A stretch of DNA of 63,377 nucleotides, the filler included, from Lenisia limosa (taxonomy: Eukaryota > Protista > Breviatea): the NCBI GenBank assembly GCA_001655205.1. It is 10 parts of 10 records of this genome, joined end to end, with 100 filler letters (N's around TTAATTAATTAA, not from the genome) between each part and the next. Parts side by side here need not be neighbours in the genome. Positions count along the whole stretch, not along the records: positions 1 to 29,499 come from LPNZ01006268.1; positions 29,600 to 36,912 come from LPNZ01004266.1; 8 more parts are not named here. One strand, 5' to 3'. The first letter of the stretch is position 1. Each line of letters begins with the position of its first letter. A program made the position numbers and the translations under genes. The notes beneath the pieces are model-generated. The model made no database searches, had not been told where the DNA came from, and worked only from the letters and a program-made list of their open reading frames with translations. Below, one piece after another: positions 24,016 through 35,500 of the stretch.

Positions 24016-25560
24016 ATGCAATATGATGAACATATCTGGAGAATCATCAACCATGGGCACTGTTCTTTTCGTGTAAAGTGAGACCACTTTCTTTTGTGTG
24101 GTCTTCTGACGCCATTTAGGACTGTAACACAAAACTTTTGCAAGAATGAGTACAATGCAACCGGTCTCTGTGGACGTAGAGCTTGTCCTCTCGCCAACTC
24201 TCGCTATGCAACAATCAAAGAACAGAATGGTATGTTGGTCCTTTGTTTGCTTTCTGCATTTAAGCGTAAATCAGTAAGTAGTATATCCCCCATTCACTGG
24301 ATAGGAAAGCTGTTTCTGCTGACCAAAGTTATTGAGAGGTCACATACCCCTTCAAAGCTGTGGGCTTACAAGAAGCTTTCTCCAAAATATGCTGATGCCC
24401 TCCAGCAAGTAAGGGTTTCATATTTAGGTGTGAACTCATTGTATAGATTACAGACGCTCTTGAGTTTTGGCCTCGATGGATGATTCGTAAGGTCAAACAG
24501 CGGCATACAAAGCTGACTGAGTATCTCATTAGACGCAAGAGGCTTCGCAAGAAGTACAAGTCGGTTTAGTTTTTATGTGAAGAGGAAAAAAATAACGTAC
24601 ATAGGCCTGAGATTGTCACAGAGTCTCGCAAAGTTGCAAAGAGACTTGCGCGCAGGGAAGAGAAGGCTCTTATCGCTGCCAATATTGAGAAGCAGATTGA
24701 AAAGGAAGTTGTTGATCGCTTGAAACAGGTCTGTTGGTCTCTGACTTTTTCAAATCCATAATCACCGTTGTAACAAACAAGGGAACCTATGGTGATATTT
24801 ACAATTTCCCGAAGCAAGCCTTCGACAGTGTCATTGAAGAACAAGAGATCGAGGTTGGTGTTATGTTCGGAATAAGACCGCTGATGAACTAGGAGGAGCA
24901 CCCTGATGAGCTTTATGATCCCGAGGCGGCTGCTGGTAAGTAGGGTTTCTAATGGGGACAGAGGAAAATGCTTTTTGTAAATAAAGCATCAATCCCAGTT
25001 TTTCTAGTGAATCCAACCAATCTGATAATCTTACGATGTAGCTGCTAGACCAGAGGGATTCGGTTCTGATGACGAGGAGTCTGGAAGTGATGTTGGCTCG
25101 GAGGAGGATTCCGACGAGGGTATTTCGGCTGAAGACTCTGATGAAGAAGGAGCTGAGGTAAGCACACGTTCCCAGTAAAAAGACTGTCCATTTTATTTAG
25201 AGAGGATACTTTGTTGATCATATTATATATTCAAAACCTCGGAGGTTGTTCTGACTTTTATAGGGTGACGAGTTCCAGTTCCCATCAGATTTGGATGATC
25301 TTGAGGATGACTCGGATTCTGAAGGCGAAATGGACGAACCGGAGCAACCACCTAAGAAGCTAAAGAAGAAGGGAAAGAAGAAGAAGAGTATGAGGGTATT
25401 TCTCCCCCCCCCCCTTTTTTTTTTTGCCTTNNNNNNNNNNAGAAGGCAGGTGAGTGTCTCCAGTCCTGGACCAAGGCCATGTTCATCTGCTCAAAGATGT
25501 CCCATGTGTCTGCAGCCCAACTCCGGTATGAGAACCGCGAGTCGTCTAAGGACAAGGTTG
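24016..25560 (+). CDS. MAK16: MAK16 ribosome biogenesis protein, multi-exon; 3' end approximate (crosses a small gap)
   Basis: [114 protein letters not shown], then an acidic/basic tail. Confidence 0.95.
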
Positions 25561-25784
25561 GTGGGGCTATATTTACCAATATTCAATCAAATATTTTATA
25601 TGCAGAGAGGGGGAGGGGGGTACAGAAAGCTTTGAGCATAGAGTTGAAAGCCTGTCCCACATTCTACTTATTATCCTTTTAAGTGTGACAAAAAAAAACT
25701 TATGTCTTTGAATTTATACAGACTTTTTTTTGGCAAGCGGCTCGTTTTATAACCTGGTGATAATTCCTGGTGATAATTCCAGGT

Positions 25785-26592
25785 CTGTTACGTGTTTGGA
25801 AGACAGAAGAAGAACTCTCCAAGGCTGAGAGCGTCCAGAAGATGAATGACCCCGAAAGCCCTTGCCACATTGTAATAGGATCTCCGGCGCTGTCAATGGT
25901 TTGTTGTTTGTGTTTTCAACATGTAAATTTCACTTTTTATAATACAACTTTAAATAGTAATTCTCATAATTGTACTGATTCGAACTGTAGTTGAAATGGA
26001 TTTGGCGCTTTTTATTACCATAGGGACTCGACTTTGATGTCGACTACGTCTTTGTGGAGCTGACCAAATCAGACCCGGTCCACAAGGCCATCTAGGTTGG
26101 CATTAATCCTAAATATTTCCCTCCAAAGCTTGTATTTATGGTTATTACGTTTGTATTACTATGAATCTAAATGGAGTGATACCCTCGAAATATGCTTCAT
26201 ATTTGATTGTCAGTCCTGACGTATTAGAGTTTCGGCAGAGGTGGACGGCGAGGAGACGACTTCCACGTTGACGCCGTGATGATGTACGGCAAGGACGACA
26301 CCAATTTTACCCTCGTCGGCGGCGCTGCTAACACGGTCGAGAAGGCCTTCAAACAGGGCGTAAGTAGGGTTCAAACAGATCTCCCGCCCCTCGCACCATG
26401 CGGAAAGTGTTCCGAGTGTCTCGGCACGAGGCCCAGTTTTGACAAGAAGCCTAACAAGTCCGTCACCATGGCTGCAGGCACGTTGAAGAAGTTCCGTCCT
26501 AGCCGCTGCTTCGTACGCTGGTACAAGGAGTACCTCAGCCTGGTTCGTTCTTCCTCTGCCTCTTTGCTGACATTTCCCGACGCTTATGGTTA
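25785..26592 (+). pseudogene. RecQ-type SF2 helicase C-terminal fragment with in-frame TAG in motif VI
   Basis: Spliced exons give ESPCHIVIGSPALSM-GLDFDVDYVF..KAI*-SFGRGGRRGD and a CGKCSEC zinc knuckle. TAG at 26093-26095 sits at the Q of QxxGRxGR. No N-terminal DEAD/H lobe is visible between MAK16 and this fragment. Confidence 0.5.
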
Positions 26593-28261
26593 AAGCCGAA
26601 GTCCTGCTGGCCTATGCGCCCTCCCAGGCCACCAAGGCGGACTTTTTTGTCGTTAAAATTATATCCCCCCACAGGTGTCCCCTCAAGCTTCTCTCCGCCT
26701 AGGTTCATCCAAAAGAAGTTCGTTTTGACTTTACCGGCGATGCGTGACCGGGTTCACCGGGTCAATACGAGGAGTTTATCTTGTATGCCTCCTTGTACTT
26801 TCACTTTCTTTACATGTTGGCTTTTATTTTCTGTTTGTTGTTGTACATTTGTAATTTTTATTTTTATTTTCAAAGCTGTTATTAGTGATATGATACCAGT
26901 TTAATGGCTTTAACAGGATGCACTGACAAGAATGCCATCAATTGCCCGAGTGCCATCGAGGCCATTGGCTCCTTTGGACTCCTCGAATCATATGGTAAAA
27001 TCGGTCAAGACTTGTCTCGGTCCCTGTATATGTGTGCAATTAATTTCATACAGTGCAAGACTCATGCATGTAGCCAGCGCCATAATCAAGGTGGAATCAG
27101 TATCCAGACAGGCTGTGGATGGCCAAAAGTGTGGCAGTTTGTCCCATGCTGTAACTGCTGCAACTTCTCAAACGTTTACCGTAAGCCAAGGATCAGGAAC
27201 ATTCTAATTTTTGGAAAAGATACCTTTGTGGTCTTAACGGATTTTCTCAAGGAAATCTGAGTTTTTTTCCGTCATGATTTCAGTAACATATGATATGCTT
27301 GTTAATTCCTATCTCTTAGATCAGACCGTTTGTGTTTTCGCAATAAAAGTTATTGCAACAATAGTATCTTCTGTGCCTTTCTTCCCTTCGCTTATCATTG
27401 CATCATGCATGTATGTACTTTATTATATGATATGATATGATATGATATGTCACTTTCCAACGATGAAGGTACCAATGGCGACAAAGTATACTTTATAAAA
27501 ATGTCAATTAACACGGAAAACATACTGATCACAATTTAAATATGACAATACGGAATCTTGCAGTACAACTTGTTTCTATTAGCAAACTAGTACTTCAATG
27601 TTGAAAAGGCTTCCATACTTTCTTCTCCAACTTGGGAATTACATCCTGAACAAGAGATCTACAAGTAAAACGGGTTTCCCCCTACCACTCGCCAATAGAG
27701 TCATTAGTAAGAACTGGTGAAAGCGCACCAAATGCCGCGAACGAACCTTCTTGCTCATTGGCGTCAATAAGTTCAAACAGGATAATGGAGTGAACAAACA
27801 GGAGAAAAGGGTGAAAAAACAAGATCATGCGGTGGCCTTTTTGAACTCAAATCACCAGAAGCTTTCATATTACTTAGTTTGGTTTTTGTTTATTTACTAA
27901 TCTTTGTACATTTCTGCCTCCATTATTGACACATCCTCGCTCACCCTAGGGTCATTTCATTTTATTGTTCACTTTTAATTGCTGCTTGCTCATCTACCAC
28001 CACATTCCCAATATCCTATTTGTTCGCCATTCTTCAACTGACATGGCATTATTTTCTTTTATTTTATTCGTTTCTAATAATATTTCTGAAATAGTTGATA
28101 GTATGTTACCTTATGGATCTGTTTTTTCTTGTTTTGTTTTTTTATTCCACAGGTTACAGTTCAAGGTGAGGTCGGCTCAGGTTACACCCAGAATTACGGT
28201 GCTATCTCAGAGAAGTCAATGACCATCCTTGCGGTTCGAGAGAAGATGTAACCTGTAATAT

Positions 28262-28670
28262 ATCACACCGTCCATATATCTGTGAATTTTCCTCTATCTG
28301 TGAAAACAATCCAAATGAACCTTTTCCTTGATAGAATAAGTTGAGAATTACAGTATTAATCATATAATGTTAATTCATATCATTTTTGAGGATCATCTTC
28401 AGACTTATTTCAATTAAAAACAACCACCAGAACATGTACGACAGAAGACAAAGGTTTAACCCATTTTTATGACGATATAATTGATTTTACATTTAANNNN
28501 NNNNNNNNNNNNNNNNNNNNNNNNNNNNNNNNNNNNNNNNNNNNNNNNNNNNNNNNNNNNNNNTTACGCCAATTTTCTTAGTTATATGCCATATTTTTAG
28601 CAAAATTTTTCGATTAGTTCAAATAAATTCACAGATTGAGGAAAATTCACGGATATATGGACGGTGGGAT
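28262..28670. mobile_element. Non-autonomous TIR element (~400 bp including a gap)
   Basis: 28267-28304 and 28628-28665 are inverted repeats matching at 36/38 nt, extendable to ~43 nt; TAATAT flanks both sides. Confidence 0.65.
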
Positions 28671-28833
28671 TAATATTAATTTTCCCACAGGTTTGTCCAT
28701 TTCATGGCCCACAATACATAGCTATATAGCTCTGGAATGCAGTCAGTATGAGTATTCAATCCAATTTTTATTCCGTAGTTATCTTGACGCATTGACTTGG
28801 TATTTCTTATAAACTTACTGCACGGACTAGTGA

Positions 28834-28953
28834 ACTACGGCACATCGACTTGGGATTCTTGTGAAAACGTTGAATTCCCATGTTTTATATGGGAATTCCT
28901 TGAAATTTTAAAAGCAAATAATGCATTGGAATCCCAAGTTGATTCGCCGCAGT
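28834..28953. mobile_element. Small MITE-like element with ~24-bp TIRs (second partial copy at ~36078-36163)
   Basis: ctacggcacatcgacttgggattc (28835-28858) vs reverse complement of gaatcccaagttgattcgccgcag (28929-28952): 20/24 identical. The right end recurs at 36139-36163. Confidence 0.5.
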
Positions 28954-29499
28954 GGCTCAAACAATTGGGAATCCAAATAGAAATCTGCCAGTGGGACCCA
29001 AACGCTTCCCCTCCCCCCCCCCAANNNNNNNNNNCGAATTGGAAATCGAGACAGAGCCGGCAGCCGCTCAACTCAACTAATGGTATCTATTTATGTTTTG
29101 TACAGTGCATTTTTCTTGTTCTTTTTCATTGCTATTGCAAATCGCCCTTTTGTTATTGTGTAACAGTGGTCACGGTGAGCAACTCTTTGATGAGTTTAAA
29201 GAGGAATCTCATGAATCTTTTTATTAACTTATTTACCTCTCATTTACCTAATTTGGGTATATTGGTTGTTGCTGCGGTGGTTGTTGTNNNNNNNNNNGGA
29301 AAGCAGTTGGAACAAACAGACGGAAAAAGTAAACATTCTTTGACCCAATGACGACTCTCATTCTAAATGTGTGGGCGGCGAGGAGTTAATTTGTTTATAG
29401 TACCCCCATGTTTATTTGTTTCCCTTTCTACAAGAATTCGAGTAAGGGTTGAGGTTCTGGGCCACTTTTTTTGAGACCAGTAATGTTTCTAAAAGCAGT

Positions 29500-29599
29500 N
29501 NNNNNNNNNNNNNNNNNNNNNNNNNNNNNNNNNNNNNNNNNNNTTAATTAATTAANNNNNNNNNNNNNNNNNNNNNNNNNNNNNNNNNNNNNNNNNNNN
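29500..29599. other. Artificial scaffold linker (44 N + TTAATTAATTAA + 44 N); also at 36913-37012, 40821-40920, 47229-47328, 51384-51483, 54146-54245, 55648-55747, 58327-58426, 62044-62143
   Basis: Identical 100-nt layout at nine places; the core puts stop codons in all six frames. Confidence 0.98.
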
Positions 29600-29648
29600 G
29601 TGTTGCCGCCTCCATAAACTGCTCAAAACTGTAGGGGTTATATGGCAT

Positions 29649-29870
29649 GTGCAGAGTTGTAAGGCAAATGATTGGGTGAATTAATATTATACTATAATCT
29701 AATATCTCTTATAAGCGTGATGGTGTGGACAGATTTGGCTTGATGTAACCTTGTTTTAAGGGCTTCACTTCGGTTCGAAAGAGACCAGTAAAATATCGAT
29801 AACTTTCGAATATTTATCGAGAAATCCAGTCTTGTATCGAATCAAAGTGAAGCCCTTCCTATTTCTCATC
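29649..29870 (+). repeat. Dispersed repeat family B (~130-200 bp, unclassified); here interrupted by a hAT-MITE. Other copies ~1-35, 30590-30650(-), 33359-33420, 34070-34162, 37681-37805, 44765-44878, 51490-51620(-), 58529-58583, 62144-62195(-)
   Basis: Shared core gttgtaaggcaaa..ttgggtgaatta..aatatctc..taagcgtgatggtgtggacggcttcggccagatacaaccttgttttttatttctcattgcta. Confidence 0.85.
29758..29857. mobile_element. hAT-type MITE family A copy, nested in repeat B
   Basis: TIR aagggcttcacttcggttcg..tcaaagtgaagccctt; flanks cttgtttt/cctatttc (5/8). Confidence 0.85.
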
Positions 29871-30118
29871 TCTACGTATCATTAAAGCAGGTCTCCAAAC
29901 CAGAATTCATGTATTTTTTTGATTCTCTTAACATAAAATATCTTGACTCATATTGCTGGGTGCCCTGAGGCCTCAAAAATACTGCATTTATCGCAATGAT
30001 GTATTTATATATTTCCCTAGACTGCTCATGTATATTAATTCATTTGTTAAAAAATTGTTAACGATAAATCTTCGATAAATATCAATATTTTATCGTCTCT
30101 TTCAGTCCGTTCATCAGC

Positions 30119-30200
30119 AAAACAAACAAAACTCGGGCCAGTCGCTTTAACAGCAAAACAAACAAAGCCCTGGCCAGACGCTTCAACAACATCTCATCCC
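30119..30200 (+). repeat. Dispersed repeat family C (two tandem copies here; also ~48190-48242(-), 57120-57172, 62538-62590)
   Basis: Shared aaaacaaacaaagccc(t/a)ggccagtcgcttt..catcccatc motif. Confidence 0.75.
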
Positions 30201-31943
30201 GCAGACTGTGGGGGGTCTATATCCATTGAAGCTGACAGAAGCTCCTCAACACCAAATTGAATGTCATTGAAGGGCGAGCTCGCTGGGGAGTAAAATTGGA
30301 AAATTTATGAAATAAAAAAAAACCAAATCAACTCTGTTGGCTGACAAAACACAAAATCGAAGATTTATGATACAAAACAAAACAAACAAAAAAAAACAGC
30401 TCGTTTGGCTTTAAACCATTCAAATATCGATGGTTTTCGAGGGTTTATCGAGAAATTCAGTCTTTTTTCGACCGAAGTGAAGCCCAAGACATAAAGATAT
30501 GAAACGTGGACATCTTCTGTATTACCGATTAGCAGAGCCCAAAATCTGTAAAGATAAGAAATAAAACAAGGATGTATCTGACCGAAACCATCCACACCAT
30601 CACAGTTTTAAGAAATACTGGATTAACGCAATCATTTGCAACACAGCTTTCTGCCTACCTCCCCATACCAAACTAACAAAACAATGGCGTTGGAAAATTA
30701 TAAGGACCATAATATGACTTAATATAAGATTCCAATGATTTATATCAGCAGTAATGAACCTTCAAGTTTCAACGATGATGTGGACGGAATTTCCTTGTTT
30801 TATTGTATTTATTATCTCTTCATATTCTTGATGTCAAGACAATAAAGAATCGCACCAATACAGGCAATAGCTTCACAGTTTGTCATCCCATCATGGTCAT
30901 AGCCAACCCCCTTATCAAAATAATCAACAGCAACCACCCCAACCATCAGCATCAATTGGACTGGTCCTATACGAGTGGCTCCCTCCATTTGGTTGTTGGT
31001 TTTGGGTGAGCTGGTTGTTGTGTTGATTGAATCGCCCACCCTTTGAGGAGTTCGTGTTTCCCTGTATATAGCATTAGTTAAGATCAGTTCATAGATATAC
31101 AAGGGGGAAGGCTCTGGTTGCCCCCTACACTTACCATGAGGGAGACTTTTGGATTGGTAAAACTCTCAGATACGCCTTTTGGCAAAAATAGATATTTCTT
31201 TATTGATGTATACCTGTATTACTCTGTGTCACTCATATATATTCGTTTTCTACGCTTGCATTCCATTTTTTTGGAGTGTTTTTATTGTAGATATTTGCAC
31301 ATCAGAACCCCCAGGTTTTTTATATTATTATTACGTACGCGCGCCGCGCCGTAACGGAAAGAACGGAATTGCCATCGCCTGATTCTTTTTCTTTTTGACT
31401 CCTTTTGCTTTGCTTTTTATTATTTAATGACGATATTATAGAGAAAAAAACGATATAGTCTTTCTTTTATTTTGGTGAAGTTTTCTTTCGCGTATCTTAC
31501 CACAGTCAAGCGTTTTTTTGGAACCAATAAGCAAGACTAATTAGTAATTAGTGGCGCAATGCGGTGAGTTCGGGGAATGTCACTGATAACCAATTTACGC
31601 TTTTCGTTGTCATGTTCAGTGACTCCTTTCTTGGCATGTTTGAGGGCGCGTAATGGTGATATTGTTGCCTTCATCACAAGGAAATGCTTGATATACATCA
31701 ATTGGCTCGCTGTTATTGGGCATTGTGTCTGTATTCTCTCTCCTTTCATTTTCAATGTTCAAGAAGAGTTTCAGAAATGGAGCTACTTGACAGTTATTCC
31801 CTTCTTTCCAAATATATTTTGACGTTTCAGCCATCTGGATGACCCTAAACGGGCACGGAAGGGCTATGCCTCGGAGTTCCCAACACCCTCTGAGGTTTGT
31901 CCAAGAAGATACTAACTATATCCACATATGTAATTATTTTACC

Positions 31944-32040
31944 GACAAGTCTCAATGATACATTAATACGCTGATACTCTCGAACCGAACCCTCGTGTTA
32001 TCTACATTCATCATTTCGACTCGAAAGTCGTTCATATGAT
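31944..32040 (+). repeat. Dispersed repeat family D (also ~9010-9075 and 13617-13650 in integrin introns, 33100-33215(-), 33848-33925, 63135-63280(-))
   Basis: Shared gacaagtctcaatgatac..ctgatac..gaaccctcgtgttatct..catcatttcgact. Confidence 0.8.
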
Positions 32041-32085
32041 ATGTACGTGTTGTATACATACAGCCACGCCTATTAAAGTTGTAAG

Positions 32086-32184
32086 TAGGGCTTCACTTCG
32101 GTTCGAACAAAGACTGGATTTCTCGATTATATTCGAAAATTATCGATAGTTTAGCTGTATTGTTCGAAGCGAAGTGAAGCCCTA
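32086..32184. mobile_element. hAT-type MITE family A copy
   Basis: tagggcttcacttcggttcgaa..ttcgaagcgaagtgaagcccta; flanks gttgtaag/gttgggac (5/8). Confidence 0.88.
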
Positions 32185-32469
32185 GTTGGGACGGGAGGAA
32201 TAATGGCTCGGCTTGAGAATACCATACATGCTTAATACTTAATACCTTTATCATTTTGGTACAAATAGTACTTGGGATGTATTCCATCAACTTACCATCT
32301 ATTATAAACCTGATGGCATGGATGGCAGACACTAATTTTGTTTTCTCATCGCCACTTTTCTAGAGTTTATTTTTTTGCGGTATGATGTCAATTTGATGGA
32401 AGAATAGCCTTAACTGCAACTTTATTATCTGGTTTTTTTTGTTCCGTATATTTTCCAATTTTACCCCCC

Positions 32470-32503
32470 CTTAAGATTATTCGGTTCGTGATTAGTACCT
32501 TTT
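32470..32503 (-). repeat. Dispersed repeat family G (also 47161-47228 and ~57903-57975)
   Basis: Shared aaaggtactaatc(t/a)cgaaccgaataatct motif in three places. Confidence 0.7.
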
Positions 32504-32550
32504 CGCCAATATTCTTCAAAGACAATTCCTTCGTTTTACCCCCCCTCCCA

Positions 32551-35500
32551 GGCTCACAGAAAACGTCAGAGTCACCCCACGAAATACTCCAAATCGAGCT
32601 CGTCACATTCGGAACCCAATGTACCTTCAGCGAATTCATCTATCAATGATTTGAACCATTCAGCTTCATCAAATTCGTCAGTCAGTCATTTGAGGATAGA
32701 AGCCAACCATTCAGCTTCACCGAATTCATCAGCCAATCATATGAGGCCTTCAGCTAACCAATGCCCCTCTCAAATTGGTCCAGCCAACCTGTCTCATAAT
32801 GCTATGAATGCTGTGTCTTTACCCCGTGATCAGTATGATCACGTTGATGATTCCTCTCTTCATCATCAGACCAATGAATGTCATAATGGTGATCATATTG
32901 ATAATCACGAGCATCTCTCAACAAGGACGCAAGAAACCTCTCAGCACGGCCCTATCGCATCAACAGAACCGCACTCAGCCCCTCAGCAACAAGTGCAGCC
33001 GGCGGCCGTCCACACACATCCTCAATCTCAGCCGCAGCCGCAACAAGAACAGCAGTTTGTTGGGGAAAGTCTTACCATATCCACAAATGATATGACTGAC
33101 TTTTGAGTCGAAATGGTGATTGAAGATTATACGAATGTTCACCCCGAGTGTATCAGAGATTCATTGAATCTGTTCGGTCAATTATCACAGGAGTGGATAA
33201 TGAGATACATATGATATATAATTGCGTTCAAAATGATAGTAAATGTCCTTAATTGAAATAATGGGTGTAATAAAAAGACAGTAATGAGTATTAAGCGTGT
33301 TTTTTTATCATAAATCTGAGATGCACGCTGGGGAGGCACCTTGATGGAAAGTGCAAATTCAATATCTCTCATAAGCGTGATGGTGTGGAATGCTTCGGCC
33401 AGATAAAACCTTTTTTATTTCTTACCTGCTGTCATGTTCATAGATATCTTGTATCTAATAATCAAAGATGAAATAGTAATGTATATTTTTTATGTATAAT
33501 TTTCGGTCTTGCTTTGATTTTCTAGGTGTTTCATCCATTTGGCTGGAGACGCCAAATTGGATTTCCGTATTTCAGGAGATGTTGTGGGGAGTTTCAAAGA
33601 TCATGGTGGATTCTCCAATTGCCCAAGTTGCTCAGTATGTGGGGTAGGGCTTCACTTCGGTTCGAAGAAAGACTGAATATCTCGATAAAACCTCGAAAGC
33701 TTTCGATATTTTCTCAGCCTTTTTCCGACCGGAGTGAAGCCCTGGTGTAGGGTCTCGTTCGCTTTTTGTACGATTGAAAGAGACGGGTGGAATTGAAATT
33801 AATGTATCAAATCACTTTTTGGATCATTATTACATGTGTGAACTATCGTTTTCCACGCAGTGATATGATAACTCATATCTATTCGTATGATAATTGACTG
33901 ACAAGTCTCAATGATACTCTGATATAATATGTTCCACTTACCAAATTTAGAAGACGAGCGAAGGGATACTGCATTATATTTACCAGATACCAATACCTGT
34001 TTGTGACATGATGTTCAAGGTATGCTGGAGAGGCACATAGAAATCTTTGTGCAGATATTTTTAAGGAAATGTTTGGGTGAATTAATATTATCATATTATA
34101 CTTCAACCCAATATCTCCATAAGCGTGATTTGTGGACGAGACTACCTTGTTTTATTTCTCATCTTAATAAATGCTGATATGAAGTGGGCTTCCCTATGAT
34201 CACAATTAAGACTGAAAATCTCGATATATCTCGATGTTTCTTTCTATTTGTGAATTCATCTCAATCCACAGATCACAATCTTCAACAATGGAACCTTTTT
34301 TTATGAGGAGAGACCGGGCAAGGACCATGGCAACCGAATTCTCAAAGCTGGAACAAGGTCTGGTGACATTAATCTGGGGCGAGGTTGATTGTACCATAAT
34401 CTAGGTACAAATATCGATATTGCATTTTTTGCTTAAGTCATTGTTTTTCCTATTTCCTTAACTAATTCAGACACTACTTTGTTGATACAACGGAGTTTAT
34501 TGTTGAGAGGAATTATTTTAGAAGAAACAAAGTAGTTTTTGGTGTCCACATACAGGAGCTCTTCCATTGTATGATTAGTATGCTGGGACACAGAATAAGC
34601 TGTGTGCACAGAGTTGTTATGATAGTGAAAGTTACAGGGCCGTATATTAGGATAGGATTTACTATCCCAATTTAACCACGTTTTATTCTGTAGCTTCCGT
34701 TATCATATTAATTCTCTCATGTAAGGTTACTCGTCTCCTATCCCAACCCTCGTTTATCCTTCAGCCTTACAGCGAAACTTCCTCTGCGAAAAGGATCTCA
34801 TTACTTTCCTGAACTTGTGCTCTCATTATGATGGCCAGCTTTTTGGTAACCAACTTCAAAACATTTTGGTTTGCTGAGGGTTAGGAATGGGGCTTCACTT
34901 CGGTTCGACAAAATACTGAATTTCTCGATAAATCCTCGAAAACTATCGATATTTTCCTGCTCATTTTCGAACCGAAGTGAAGCCCTAGTTCTGAAACACT
35001 TAGAGGGAGATTGGTACAAGGGCTTCACTCTGGTCCGAAAAAGACCAGCATATCGATAGTTTTCGAGGTTTTAATAAGAAATTCAGTCTTTTTCTACCGA
35101 AGTGAAGCCCTGTCTTTGTATTTTCATTTTCAATAATCCGTCACTACTTTGAATCACTGTTTCTAGGCACATGGCCTTTTGCTGATCTCCTCAAAATTAA
35201 GCAAAGTATGCAGGGGCTCATGTATCATTGAGAGGTCAGGCTCAAAAACCATTCCAAATTGAAAAAGTCATCACAAAGGATTAACTTGTTATAACATTTA
35301 GTAACAATAAGATAATATACTTACAATAATCATATCATGGTATTTAATAAAAGTCTAGGAACACGAATAAAATGTTATGCCTACTTCACTTCGGGAAAAT
35401 ATGGATAGTTTTCGAGGTTTTATCGAGAAATTCAGTCTATTTTCTAACCGAAGTGAAGCCCTGGTAATGTCATAAAGAGCAAATAGTGGTGTTCTTTTCT

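Noticed and set aside
26093-26095. TAG-to-Gln genetic code reassignment, suggested by TAG at a conserved Gln and the CAG/TAG pair in the ACY1 duplication
   Set aside because: Gln codons read in ABCE1, MAK16, CFAP45 and HYDIN exons are CAA/CAG with no in-frame TAG, and ACY1 ends in TAG at the expected position. A Codetta/PhyloFisher-type run on the whole genome would settle it.
26904-27260. 118-aa Cys-rich ORF starting MALTGCTDKNAINC, reminiscent of GCTDxxAxNY surface repeats
   Set aside because: Single imperfect motif, splice-like signals inside the ORF, and it may be further exons of the helicase fragment; no call is supportable.
27960-28740. Possible short exons (e.g. VTVQGEVGSGYTQNYGAISEKSMTILAVRED at ~28155-28248)
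   Set aside because: Probably coding, but I could not build a consistent gene model or recognise a family.
29544-29555. TTAATTAATTAA palindrome recurring nine times
   Set aside because: Always centred between two 44-N runs: an artificial six-frame-stop linker, not biology.
33637-33752. Other MITE copies as introners (33645, 32086, 61034)
   Set aside because: GT or AG occurs in some flanks but not at matching offsets in both TSD copies, so splicing would not restore the target; they appear to lie inside existing introns or intergenic DNA.
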